From NCBI GenBank assembly GCA_000091205.1, contig AP006490.2: a stretch of 64,000 nt of DNA; one strand, given 5' to 3'. Positions 1 to 10,720 of the stretch are shown piece after piece; the stretch's first letter is position 1, and each line of letters begins with the position of its first letter. The position numbers and the translations under genes are program-made. Source of the stretch: Cyanidioschyzon merolae (lineage: Eukaryota). Under the pieces are notes generated by a model. That model was not told where the DNA came from. It searched no databases and saw only the letters and a list, made by a program, of their open reading frames with translations.

Positions 1-2260
1 ATGAAAGATGAGAGTACGACGAGATGGTAGTGAACGCCTGTCTTCTTGGACATATCAAGGACCCCTACGAGCAAGAGACGCAAAAGGCCGTCAGAAACCG
101 TGTGGAGTCGTACTCCAGGAGTGTTAATTACGCCTCTTTGGGACTGATGTATATGGCGAGGGAGATGTATCGCGACGTCACGCACATCAAAATATTCGAG
201 ATTCCGGAAGAGTTTTTCAACAAGACCTTTATTGGTGACCTAATATTTGGCACAGGGTAAATGTCGATGAGAAATGAGCGATTACATGCCCTCCACGAAC
301 ATCACTCCAACTACCGCTTCAACGGTACTCGATAGAGGGGTGACTCGCGTATTTGCGAATACGGGGCGATCAAGTCCCTCACGAACCTAAAGACCCATAT
401 GGCCATGAACCTGGAACGCTTCATGAAACGCTCCAATTTTGCTCTCTACTTGGGCGTCTCACACTGGGCGAGATGGACCATCATTGCCAGCATCACGAAC
501 GATAGTAAGAATGGACAGGAGATCGAATTTGTCGACAAGAAGACATCAACCAAGAGCACGAATGCAGCTTCTGTGATCCCTGCGGCTGCTCAAGAGCACC
601 GTGCGGTCCTGGGGCTGGTCAGCCCAGCAGAATAGGTATCAGATATGGAAAAAGATATTATCCCCTCATCCTGCGCTATTTCGTGTTCCTGAACCGAGAA
701 TTCGAACGCAAGGCCGAACTGCAGATGAGTAGGGGGAAAATAGAGAGTCGGCGAAACGGATGGCTGTGTTTCCGGAGAGGCGCTTCAGCGTCGTTGCTCT
801 CGGCGGCGTCAAGTCACATTTTGTGACAATCGACGCCAGCGACATTCACAACGTAATGCTGGAGATCAGTTCGGAGTTAGATGTAAGCGGGGAGGCATCT
901 ATTGGTGGAAACCTCTAGACTTCTTGGAAAACTATATCCGACTTCAAACGTCTCAATAAGGGCAAGAAAAAGATATTCACGGGGATAACCGAAAGCGATG
1001 GAGTACCCGTATGTGCACACTATCGGCTCTTGAAGGCGGATCGTCCAGTTCCGTCTTCGGCTTCGCACTCGGCGAAGCATGAAGAAAAGAAGGATGCGGA
1101 ACCTGCGACGCAGGAGGTGCAGGAGACCGACTTTGTCGTTGATGCGGCGAAGCATGAAGATGAGAAGGAGGCGGGTCATGCGACGCGAGAAGTACATGAG
1201 AACGACGTTGTCGTTGGCGCGGACCCCAGAAACACGAATATTATAGCCATCGCAGCACCCAAGCGCGCGGAAGAGGCATTGAAGGCAACTTAAGTCAGAA
1301 AGACATGCGTCTTTTAAAGCTCTCGAGAGCGAGATACTATCGAGAATCCGGTATGATGAATGCGAGGAAGAAAATCGAGATGTGGAACGAAGGAATGAAG
1401 GACCACCTGGAAGCTATGAGCGAGGTGACGAGCCGCGGAGCGGACTTTCAGACTTTTCTGAAATTCATGGAAGTTCGCGCTGCTCATTGGGAGGCGCTGT
1501 GGAAAGAGTATACAAATCGCCGGTGGGCTCCTCTGCGTGTGAACCTGTATTGTGGGAAGCGGCGCGCGCTCGCGAACTTTTTCAATCAGTTGAGCGCCCT
1601 GAAGGAGCACAAGAGTCAGAGGCTCGTAGTGGCATACGGAGCAAGGCGCTGGGCGTCGAAAAAAAGGTGTGCGCCATCTCCAACGACACGAGCGTACAAG
1701 GAGTGCGCATACCGTTTCGTCACGATACCGATAGATGAGTTCCGAACGACCAATACACACCACCAATTGGGGTGTAAACGTCAGAGATTGGAGATGAAAA
1801 GTGCCAGCAGACCCCTGAGGATATAAAAATGTTCGGAGCGCTGACGAAAGAGCAAGTGGAAAGGAGGACGAAAGTTCGTGGACTACTTGCACTAGTGAGT
1901 CCAACTACCAATGGCAAGAAACGCATGCAGTTTGTGAATCGAAACTTTAACGCCGCTATCAATATAAGGAAATGTGCGGTGATGGAAAGAAGACCTCCGG
2001 AGTTGACAAGAGAATATTTTGTTGGACAACCGCTTAAGGTAGGATTATATGAGAAAAAGTTGGAACCAGTAGTGGGTGGCCGGTCGAAAGAGACTGGGAG
2101 GCGTCTGCACGTTAGTTGGAGACGTCTTGTCTAGGGCGGCTTCCTCGCTACTACTGTCCACCGCCGGCAGCAACGTTTTTCTTTTGAAAGGCGTTCGCTG
2201 TCGCTGTCGTGGCCTGCACAGAGCGAGCGCTCAGGATATTCTTCTAGCAACTAAGGTGTC
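1..2260 (+). mobile_element. Fanzor/TnpB-like element, family 1, copy 1 (5' part lies before window start; coding capacity decayed)
   Basis: Consecutive + strand ORFs 24..260, 399..635, 1030..1293, 1305..1826 and 1829..2134 together form one broken protein. The same protein is seen in the copies at 15.5-18.0 kb, 50.2-52.2 kb and 45.8-46.6 kb. The ~120 bp after the stop (cgctgtcgctgtcgtggc) is shared with copy 2, so the element probably ends near 2260. Confidence 0.7.
24..2134 (+). pseudogene. TnpB/Fanzor-like RuvC nuclease remnant (frameshifted)
   Basis: RuvC-I-like NDVVVGADPRNTNIIAIAAPK is at 1030..1293. RuvC-II/Zn-finger region QRLVVAYGARRW...IPIDEFRTTNTHHQLGC is at 1305..1826. RuvC-III MQFVNRNFNAAINIRKC is at 1829..2134. 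Several stops and frameshifts separate the pieces. Confidence 0.7.
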
Positions 2261-2386
2261 CTGGGTTGAAAGCCTGGTATCCTGCGCAGTCAGAAGTACT
2301 TTTACTGGCACGTGATGATTGGAAGCAGTGGAGCTGTGCTCCGGGGCTTCCAGGTTTCGACTTCGTGATTCAGAGCCAGCTTCAAA

Positions 2387-5300
2387 ATGCTTCACTATGA
2401 AAAGACTGCAGCGGCGGAGATTCTGAGAGGCGGTAACAGCCTGGCAGTGTTCAGTCGCGGCCTAGACTTAGGTTCTCTCGTTGCCATCGTTGCAGCGGAA
2501 AAGCTTCTGCTAAGCGAAGGGAGACCTATTTTGGCACTCAACTTCCCGAAAACTGTTTTTCAGCGACTTGGCCGTCTGCTAGCGACGCACCCTGCAAAAT
2601 TCCCGATCCACCTGCTCCCAAGACATGTGAGTTCCAGCGTTTCAGCGGTTGAACGCTTCGAAGTCTACGGATGTGGAGGAATCATCGCTGCCACACCGCG
2701 AACTTTGGCTGTGGACCTTCTTACAGCAGTATCTCAGCTGGGTGATCACGGGGCAAAAAAAGTCCCCACGCTGAGTTTTCTGGGTATTCTGATTTATAAC
2801 GCACATGAAATCTCAGAACATCGAAGCGAAACTTTTGTAACGCGTCTTTTTAGAGAATACGTAGGAAGATGTGAACTGGAGGATACCTTCATACACGCCT
2901 TTAGTGACGCGGCACCAGCATTGTGCCGCGGATTTCACTCAGCAGAAAAACTGATGCGCCTTCTCGGACTCGAAAGGTTACTGCTTTATCCTCGTTTTCA
3001 CGTTGATGTCGTTACCTCCCTTGAGCACAAGACAGAAAATCCACAGAGCTACGTAGATGGAGGTTATGGGACTCATTCCTCATCGAGCGCGGGAATAGAG
3101 TTGCTGGAATTGCATCAGCCTATGACTGCACTGATGAAAGCCATTCAGGACGAGATCCTTGTGCTCATGCGATCCTGCTTTTTCGAATTAAGACGCAGTT
3201 CGCCGGCCGCGGAACTAGATGAGAGTGATTTGAGGGTAGCGGCTACCAGTAGGAGCATCTTACAAGCCGCCCAGCGCATCGGGCAAGAATGGCGGCGATT
3301 GAATTCTCGTAGCAGGCAGCTGTTGCAGGATATCCAGAACCTGAATAGCATTCTTTCGAGTCTGCTGGACGATGACTGTGTCACATTTTTGGCATATTTA
3401 GAGTCATTGAGGGATACACAAGGAGCGACCAGTTTGTGGATGGCGATGGAATCGGCGCAAAATCTGTATAGACTGGCCAGGGAGAGAGTCTTCCGAGGCA
3501 CCGACACTGGGGGAGACTCCAAACTAATGGGAATGCAGGATGCAGCGCTTGACCTACGAGCCAGCGAGACTGGTGAGTTACCGTTCGAATTCAGCCAGAA
3601 GCTTGTCTGTCCGGAACCGAACAGCAAATGGGAACTTTTGAAAGAGTTACTTGATGAAGTTGTAAGTATGCTCATGGGTCATCAGAGGCATGGAAACGTA
3701 TCGGACGCATCGACTCGTCGAGTTCTTGTTCTGGGGAGAGAGCCCTGCACTATTCAGTTTCTCGCCGAGTATCTCCACTATCGTGAAGGCGCTTTCGACG
3801 CATTGCATCGACGACTGCTTTTGTATCTTGGGACGAAATCCGGTGGAAAAGCCCGTGAGTCTGTCAGACCGACGACGGCAACAATGTCGAAAGCGGTGCC
3901 GTCACTTAGGGTCAAGTCAGATGCCATAGATGCCTCGCAATCCTCGTCGAACGCGGAAAGTGAGCACTCGAGCGCTTGTACTGATATGCGACAACACGCA
4001 CCAAATCAGAGGATCACAGCAGAACACGATTCCCCTGGGCAGAAATTCGGTCACCTACAGGGCGATGCCGCAGGGCATGCATCCCCCCGCGAATCAGCGT
4101 CGGATAACTACAATTCAGCTCCCGCGCATGCCAGTAGTGCCGTGTCGCAGTGTGCAGATGCAGCGCGTGTAGAGATTTTGCTCAAATCCTATGGCAGGAG
4201 ACAGAGCAGCACGGGCGTTGAAAACCTCATCGGACCCTCCACCATACTGCCTTTCTTGCTGGATTCGCAACCGTGTTCAATTATTATGTTGGATCCTACC
4301 CTGCAACACGTCCGAGAAATCGAAGTATACCAAGCCGCTTACTCGAGATTTGCAAAGATCCGGGTCTATGCAGTATTTTACGAAGAATCCCCCGAATATG
4401 AGCTATATTGTAATGCAATAGCAGATGAGAAGCACGCATTTCAAACCTTGATCCGCCATAAGGCGTCGATGGCCGTTCGACTCGATCAGAGCTCTGCCGT
4501 GGCTGTACCGGATACTGGGCCCGAACGCATTTATTGGCCACTTTGGGCGGGATCCCTTGCGAAGGCGGATAGACCTTCGCCCTCGTCTGGACGTCCCCAG
4601 ATTCTTGTGGATGTACGAGAATTTCGCTCGACGCTTCCTGGTTGTCTGTATCAAGCGGGATTCGAGCTGCTTCCTCGGACCCTGAAAGTAGGGGATTATG
4701 TACTCACACCGGATATTTGTGTCGAGCGCAAAAGTATCCCGGATCTGACGAGTTCTTTGGCGTCTGGGAGACTTTATACGCAATGCCAAGCAATGTGTCG
4801 ACTATATAGATACCCGTTGCTGATGATCGAGCTCCAGGAAGATGACATCGGGAGCACGGGAGCGAAAGCACATGTGACAAATCTGTTCGCGCCTAGTCTC
4901 TCCTTTCAGGAGAATTCCTCGCATGGTCCTGCCACGGGAATCGGGAAACTGTGCCTACTGACAATTCATTTTCCTCGTCTACGCCTACTGTGGTGTCGAG
5001 GTCCCCAAGCAGGTGCCGAAGTGTTTGGCACATTAAAAATTGGGGAAGCGGAACCGTCGGGTGAACCGACGGGCCAGATTTCAGGCGAATCCGAAGCGAC
5101 CGAGGACTCATCCGCAGAAGCTTCACTTTATTCGGTGATGAATGCACGAGACGCTTTCGCTATGCGTCCTTTTGACATGCTTCGTTGTCTGCCTGGCGTC
5201 GAGAATGCAACTGTGTTTGCGCTCATGCGCCAGTTTCGAACGCTGACGGATCTGGCGAACGCTGAAGCTGATAATATGGCGAAGCATTTCGGGCCGACTC

Positions 5301-5425
5301 TTGCAAAGCAGCTCATCTCCTTCATCAACACGGAGTTTCGTGATCCGAATGAGGTTTCTGCATCGGCTGCCGGAGCTGAACCAGTTAGCAAAAAAATTCG
5401 GTCTACGTCACCGGCCGACTTGTAG
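2387..5425 (+). CDS. XPF/ERCC4/RAD1-family structure-specific DNA repair endonuclease
   Basis: A 1012-aa ORF. The N-terminal helicase-like region (LHYEKTAAAEIL...VFSRGLDLGSL) resembles XPF. The ERCC4 nuclease domain is ILVDVREFRS...GDYVLTPDICVERKSIPDLTSSL...YTQCQAMCRLYRYPLLMIE, with the GDxn-ERKx3D metal-binding signature intact. A C-terminal helix-hairpin-helix region is present (RPFDMLRCLPGV...). Confidence 0.9.
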   Translation: MLHYEKTAAAEILRGGNSLAVFSRGLDLGSLVAIVAAEKLLLSEGRPILALNFPKTVFQRLGRLLATHPAKFPIHLLPRHVSSSVSAVERFEVYGCGGIIAATPRTLAVDLLTAVSQLGDHGAKKVPTLSFLGILIYNAHEISEHRSETFVTRLFREYVGRCELEDTFIHAFSDAAPALCRGFHSAEKLMRLLGLERLLLYPRFHVDVVTSLEHKTENPQSYVDGGYGTHSSSSAGIELLELHQPMTALMKAIQDEILVLMRSCFFELRRSSPAAELDESDLRVAATSRSILQAAQRIGQEWRRLNSRSRQLLQDIQNLNSILSSLLDDDCVTFLAYLESLRDTQGATSLWMAMESAQNLYRLARERVFRGTDTGGDSKLMGMQDAALDLRASETGELPFEFSQKLVCPEPNSKWELLKELLDEVVSMLMGHQRHGNVSDASTRRVLVLGREPCTIQFLAEYLHYREGAFDALHRRLLLYLGTKSGGKARESVRPTTATMSKAVPSLRVKSDAIDASQSSSNAESEHSSACTDMRQHAPNQRITAEHDSPGQKFGHLQGDAAGHASPRESASDNYNSAPAHASSAVSQCADAARVEILLKSYGRRQSSTGVENLIGPSTILPFLLDSQPCSIIMLDPTLQHVREIEVYQAAYSRFAKIRVYAVFYEESPEYELYCNAIADEKHAFQTLIRHKASMAVRLDQSSAVAVPDTGPERIYWPLWAGSLAKADRPSPSSGRPQILVDVREFRSTLPGCLYQAGFELLPRTLKVGDYVLTPDICVERKSIPDLTSSLASGRLYTQCQAMCRLYRYPLLMIELQEDDIGSTGAKAHVTNLFAPSLSFQENSSHGPATGIGKLCLLTIHFPRLRLLWCRGPQAGAEVFGTLKIGEAEPSGEPTGQISGESEATEDSSAEASLYSVMNARDAFAMRPFDMLRCLPGVENATVFALMRQFRTLTDLANAEADNMAKHFGPTLAKQLISFINTEFRDPNEVSASAAGAEPVSKKIRSTSPADL

Positions 5426-5426
5426 G

Positions 5427-5867
5427 CTAACGAAGCGATTCATGGTCTCTGAAAGCAGTGGCGTCCCTAAATACCTTCTGTAGCTTTTCCTCAAGCTGGA
5501 AGATTAGCTGAACAGCTTGAGTAAAAGAATCCCTTGCACACTCGAGGTGAAGTCCGCGACTGTGCAGGCGCTCTATTGCGTTCGGTTCGTACTCGCTTTC
5601 CACGCTGTCTGGCAGCGCTCCGGTTCGCGCAGGCTGTACGTCTCGATCGTTCGGTTTCGTAGCGGACGATATAGATCTCGAAGCGTCGAGCTGGTGTAAT
5701 TCCACGTGTTGCGAGCGACTGCGTCGACGCTCGAGTGCGAGCTCAAAGTACCCTCTTTTCAAACAGGTCTCCAGATTGGCACGTAAAATAAACACCTCGT
5801 CCAAGAGGTCCAGACACGAAAAGAAAAGCGTATCGTTTGAACCCTCTGGTTTAGGGTTCGACGACAT
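5427..5867 (-). CDS. hypothetical small coiled-coil protein (unsupported by homology)
   Basis: A 146-aa ORF convergent with XPF. Its stop lies 2 bp from the XPF stop. I recognise no family, so it could be a chance ORF. Confidence 0.15.
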   Translation of the reverse strand: MSSNPKPEGSNDTLFFSCLDLLDEVFILRANLETCLKRGYFELALERRRSRSQHVELHQLDASRSISSATKPNDRDVQPARTGALPDSVESEYEPNAIERLHSRGLHLECARDSFTQAVQLIFQLEEKLQKVFRDATAFRDHESLR

Positions 5868-5971
5868 ATATGAGACTTGTCATAAGGAATATAAGTTTGA
5901 GCGTCTGTACCAGGCGATCATCCTTGACACATTACACGCATGTAAGTATCAAATATGACAGATTCTGTAAC

Positions 5972-6400
5972 ACCGGCGCATACTCTAAAGCTTGGATCCC
6001 TTTTCACACATCCTCAATAGCGGACTCTACGGGCTTTTTCTGCGACTGCTTGTTCTCCCCTCTCTTATCTCCTGCATTAAATACGCCGGTCTATCCCGTA
6101 CCTCCAGCTCCGTTGACTGCAGACGAAGGGTGTTGATAGCAGCAACAAAGTCTTCATTTAACCGTTGCTGAATGTCGTCGATGCATTTCATACAGAGGCG
6201 GTAGTTGCGATCTACGTATCGCTTTCCATTTTCAATTTCTTTTATACAGCCCAAGTGCGCCCTTCTCGGCGAAAACAGTCGACTGTGGTTAGCTGATCCC
6301 AGAAGTCCGCGACATGTCTGCGCGACACCCTGTAGCGCGTGGACGCTCGCACCATCGCTCGGATTGCACCCTAGACGAGTCCATGAGGCGCTCATCGATG
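5972..6400 (-). mobile_element. family 2 TnpB-like element, 3'-terminal fragment with conserved terminal module
   Basis: ORF 6027..6395(-) ends ...YRLCMKCIDDIQQRLNEDFVAAINTL, which is a Zn finger plus the RuvC-III DxNAAxNI motif. On the + strand, 5975-6085 (gcgcatactctaaagcttgg...cttttcacacatcctc...ctgcgactgcttgttctcccctctcttatctcc) matches the terminal module of the copies at 10.2, 23.4, 32.4 and 52.2 kb. Confidence 0.55.
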
Positions 6401-8136
6401 CCCTCCTCGGTTTCCGTACCTAGTATCGTACCCTACGATCGCATGCTACTTCTTGCCGATTTACTTGGCGAGAACTCTGTCCGCTACAGGCGCAAACGCC
6501 TCCTGTCTTATTCGGTAAGGGATTTGCAGCGCGCGGTCTTGTAAATAATGAAACGAGTTCCGGACGAAAATTTCGGGCTGAATTACAAGTCAGGCATACT
6601 CGATCCCTCTACGCTTCCTTCCCGCAAAGCGGTAATGCAAGCTCTACTGGAAGCGATCGCTTCAGTGACTCAGTTCCGAGGTCAACACATTTTTCCATGC
6701 AAATAGCAGAGATAGACCTCTTTGGTACCGTGTCCCGTTATAGGCGCCTTGCCGGTGCCGGATTCCGTCTCGTCGCTGGCCAATAACCGCGATGGATTCG
6801 TATTCCGAACGTAATCGATAATTCGATGCGACAAGGTCACTAGTATTTCCGCATAAACGTGTAAAGTTGGCGTCAACGGGTCACGTCGAGTTCTCTCCTC
6901 GTCAGTCGAGCGGCCGAATCGCTGCGGCGACGAGTTGCCCCGAAACTGAAAGATCGAAACCGTAACCACTTCGTGATTTGAGCCTGGTAAATGTAAGGAA
7001 CGAGATCAAATCGAGGTTTACACCCACGAATTTGTCGATCATAGTGGTCATCTTCAGAAACCGAAGTCGAGTGCATCGAGAATCATCTTCATGCCGGTTA
7101 CGCGGAGAATTACTCCCGCAAAAGATTTGAAGGAGCCACGCTGACCAGGCAACCAAATATCCGAAATCCTAGTAGGAATCGATAGGCCCTTGTTATTGGG
7201 CTTTGAATGTCGAGGCTGTATATTCCAGAATAGTTCGGAAACAAATTGAAAGGCGGGAACTGATCGAGGAATTCGGTTTTCCATTTTTTATGACAATTGT
7301 TTAGAGCTCATGTTTATCATATTCAGTAATGTGGCACAGCGTAAGCAAATGGGCATTCCATCTAGTCAAGGGCATTTGCGAGCGATCTATTTGCCGTGTC
7401 TTGAACAACGAATTCCGCAGATTGTAGAAACGGCGAAAGTTTTTTCAGATACCGACAAGAACGTCATCCAAAGGCAGCGGCCCTGTGCTAGTTGGCCTCG
7501 CTCCTCCAGAATACTACGCATGTATCGTCGATTTCGCATTAAAGCCGTGTCTGTGCGAGCGTATGTATGCATGTATGCATGCAGGGAGCCAGTGAAGTTA
7601 CGCGTGCCTATGCCCGAGGCGCAAATGGTGGCGAAAACCGACGCTACGCCTCCGGGCACGTAGGCGACTAAACCGAGAATCGCAGCGCACGCGTGACTCG
7701 CTCCCCGTTGGTGCGCTGTTTCTTCCGGACTTCCTATGGACGAGTGTCCGAATCGAAGGTTTTATTTTGGCCCTGAACCATCCGAGGAAACGAGAGCTCC
7801 ATTTTTTATTGGGCTAGCATTCGAACTCAATGCTTTTTATTCGAAGAGCAGCTGCAGGCTGTGAGTCGGTGACGAAAAAATTTTCTTGTTTTCAACGAGC
7901 ATCTCGACAAAGAGAAAGTCTCCAGTCATAAGTTTGTTGCAGTCTGCGGCCTGGCACGAAGCACATACTCATGCCAACTTTCTGCCCAGAGAACCAGACC
8001 TACTCGCGGAATGGTCCAACATGCTGCGAACGGACATGCTCAATGCTCTTTTCGCCCCCTGCGATACAAAGCAGAAACTCGAGGCCGGGTTGCGCGCTCA
8101 ACGCGCGAGCGGGTTTTGCTTCGTTGCCTTTTTGAT

Positions 8137-9183
8137 ATGAGACTCGTACATAACGTTTATGACTCTTTCGAGGATGCTATAGGAAACACGCCGCTGATCA
8201 AGCTAAGGCGTGCCTCCGAGCGGACTGGCTGCAACATCTATGGTAAAGCCGAATTTATGGAACCCGGCGGATCTGTGAAAGACCGCGCTGCTCTCTACCT
8301 TCTCACCGACGCTGAAAAGCGAGGGACGCTCAAGCTCGGCTCAATTGTGGTAGAAGGCACAGCAGGGAACACTGGTATCGGTTTAACGCTATTGGGAAAC
8401 TCCCGCGGGTATAGAACGGTGATAGTTATTCCAGAAACACAGTCTGAGGAAAAGAAAGAGTTTCTCCGATCCTGTGGTGCCGAGCTCGTGCAAGTTCCAG
8501 CTGCGCCATACAGAAACCCGAACAACTACGTACGCCTGAGCGAGAGGCTAGCCAAGGAACTTGGTGCATTCTGGGCAAACCAGTTCGATAACCCTGCAAA
8601 CCGCAGAGCTCATGAGGAAACTACCGGTCCAGAAATTTGGGATCAACTCGATGGTCATATTGACGCGTTCAACTGTGCTGTCGGCACTGGCGGCACGCTG
8701 GCGGGGGTCAGTGCATTTTTGCGCGCAAAGAATCCTGGCATTAAAATTGCACTAACGGATCCGCAAGGGGCCGCTCTCGTGCGATACTATCAATGCGGAG
8801 AGCTCGTCTCCGTCGGCGATTCTATTACCGAGGGCATTGGTCAAAGTCGAATTACTGGGAACCTTGAAGGATTCGTACCAGATATGAGCTTCGAGATCAG
8901 TGATGCAGAGGCACTGCAAGCAGCTTATGATGTCGTGCGGCACGAAGGGTTGCACATTGGCCTCTCAAGTGGTATCAATATTGCCGGCGCGATCAGGGTT
9001 GCAGAGAGTCTCGGCCCTGGGCATACCATCGTGACGATCCTTTGTGATGGCGGTTCTCGCTATCAAAAGAAAATGTTTCAGCCGAGTTTTCTCGAGCAAA
9101 AGAAATTGCCGATCCCTACCTGGTTGTCGGATTCCATGAAACCAGATTTGGCTGCTGCGCTGTCTAAAGTGTATGTCCCCTGA
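8137..9183 (+). CDS. cysteine synthase / O-acetylserine (thiol) lyase (PLP-dependent, Trp-synthase beta superfamily)
   Basis: ORF 8011..9183. The likely start is the internal Met (MRLVHNVYDSFEDAIGNTPLIKL). PLP-lysine region is GGSVKDRAALYLL. Glycine-rich loop is GTAGNTGIGL. Also IPETQSEEK and GTGGTLAGV are present, as is typical of CysK/CysM-like enzymes. Confidence 0.88.
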   Translation: MRLVHNVYDSFEDAIGNTPLIKLRRASERTGCNIYGKAEFMEPGGSVKDRAALYLLTDAEKRGTLKLGSIVVEGTAGNTGIGLTLLGNSRGYRTVIVIPETQSEEKKEFLRSCGAELVQVPAAPYRNPNNYVRLSERLAKELGAFWANQFDNPANRRAHEETTGPEIWDQLDGHIDAFNCAVGTGGTLAGVSAFLRAKNPGIKIALTDPQGAALVRYYQCGELVSVGDSITEGIGQSRITGNLEGFVPDMSFEISDAEALQAAYDVVRHEGLHIGLSSGINIAGAIRVAESLGPGHTIVTILCDGGSRYQKKMFQPSFLEQKKLPIPTWLSDSMKPDLAAALSKVYVP

Positions 9184-10173
9184 GTGGGAACACTGGGAAT
9201 TTCTACTCTATCGTCATCAGTGCTTTTTGAAGCGTTTTGCCAGAAAGCACTGAGATTTCCGAAACGCTAGCCTCTTGATACCCAGACCGGCCGCCTACGA
9301 TGCAGTGCGCAGGATGCTCTCTGCTCGGCGCAAGAGTGCGTTTTCAATACTGTGCACCCGTTCTACATTGAGAGCGCAAGCGTTCCCGGTTAGTAAGCAA
9401 CTTGCGCTTCGGGCAACGCGCATCCGACTATCATGGGCAAGGGGCCGAACTCGACGCGCTGTCGCTCTGATAGACGGCCAACGGCTTCAGACCGCGTCCC
9501 TGTGGAGTGCCTCGCCTGGAATAGGAACATAGGTCAAACACCACAGCAGAGTATGGCACCGGGCACCAGTTGCCGGTGCTTCTATGCCACCACAGGCGCA
9601 GAATTTTCCACCGTTCAAGGACGGCACTCGTTGGACTAGACTGTTTTCGCAGCGTAAAGCAGACAACGCAGCTCTCTCTTGAAGCGTCCTGTCGGGAACA
9701 CCGGCAGTTTCTCGCCGAATCCAGACCTTAAGGCAGATACTTTGTATGTGCTCATGGGTAAACACGGCCTTAGTCCAGCAGCCGCTCCAAGAGCCTTATC
9801 TGGTGTTGAGCATTAGAGCGCAAGCGCTGCTCCAGCTGTGCTCCTCGTCTCCGGAGCTGGCTGACCAAGCGCTCACACTCTCGATGGAGCAAGTCCTCTA
9901 CCGTTGCAGAATCACCAATAGGTTGAGGAGTTGCGTGTTGGTCCGAGCTTTCCAGCGACTGTTTCTGCGACTGCATACGACCTGGAGTGCGCAGGGAACC
10001 ACAGGCGCCACCTAGTCGGCCTGGCAGCGCTGACGCCCTGCGGGATAGCGATTTGAACGGCGGCGCAGCGAACACGCGTCTCCGATGATACCGCATCTTC
10101 AAGAGTTTGCGGTCGAGCATCGAACCGGAATCCGCCGCTACACGATACCTTCTATGTCAGAATAGAATGGAGC

Positions 10174-10720
10174 GGATCCTCTTCGCTAACTCTGGAGTAC
10201 GCACTAAAATTTTGCTCTCATGTCACCGTCATCAGAGGAAGCCTGTGTGGCCCTTATCTGCAACTGCTTCCTTTTCGTCTCTCGGATCTCCGGCTTTCAC
10301 CAGGCTGGTCTTTTATTTTCCTCTATATCTATTGCCAGCAACAGAAGCATACTCATGACTGCTTTAGAGTCCAGATTTCACTACTTCCGGCCGGCGTTCA
10401 TGCATTCCATGCACAGTAAAGCGGTTTGATTAAAGCTTCGTTTGCAACTTTCATGTGCTCTGAATATACCCTGGGTGTGCCGTTCGCAGCGGATGCGCTT
10501 GGCTGTATTCAGTTGTTCCCATACGCCCGCGGTATTTTGTCTTCCGAGGGCTACCAACTGGCGCGAGCGTACTCGCTTCATTGCTAGGTACGTCCACTTG
10601 TCGTGTGCAGAAACCGCTCTCGAAGGAGTGCTCGGTTTCCGAGCCCGGTGCCGTAAGATGCGATCGCCAGCTTTGTGTATATGAAATCCTCCACGAATTC
10701 TCTGCCCGCTGTGCACGAAA
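10174..10720 (-). mobile_element. family 2 TnpB-like element, 3'-terminal fragment with conserved terminal module
   Basis: ORF 10381..10716(-) ends ...HESCKRSFNQTALLCMECMNAGRK, the Zn-finger part of the family-2 consensus; the NAA motif has been deleted. The + strand 10176-10345 carries the conserved module (gctaactctggagtacgcactaaaa...catgtcaccgtcatcagagg...ctgcaactgcttccttttcgtctctcggatctccggcttt). Confidence 0.55.

Noticed and set aside
1-2134. Treating the broken TnpB-like ORF pieces as exons of an intron-containing Fanzor gene
   Set aside because: Adjacent pieces overlap or abut in different frames (for example 16521..16919 against 16294..16527, and 50358..50690 against 50615..51166), which indicates frameshifts rather than introns. 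The break positions differ between copies, as expected for independent decay and not for conserved splice sites.
3145-3675. 176-aa minus-strand ORF inside the XPF gene (also 4403..4789, 5128..5391)
   Set aside because: These are antisense shadow ORFs within a well-supported 1012-aa coding region. They have low-complexity, S/R-rich composition and no recognisable domain.
9770-10120. 116-aa minus-strand ORF (coiled-coil C-terminus ...LVSQLRRRGAQLEQRLRSN...) as a gene, together with 18723..19082 and 19250..19738 minus-strand ORFs
   Set aside because: I recognise no homology and the sizes are within chance expectation for 55% GC sequence. Not reported as features, though any of them could be a lineage-specific small protein.
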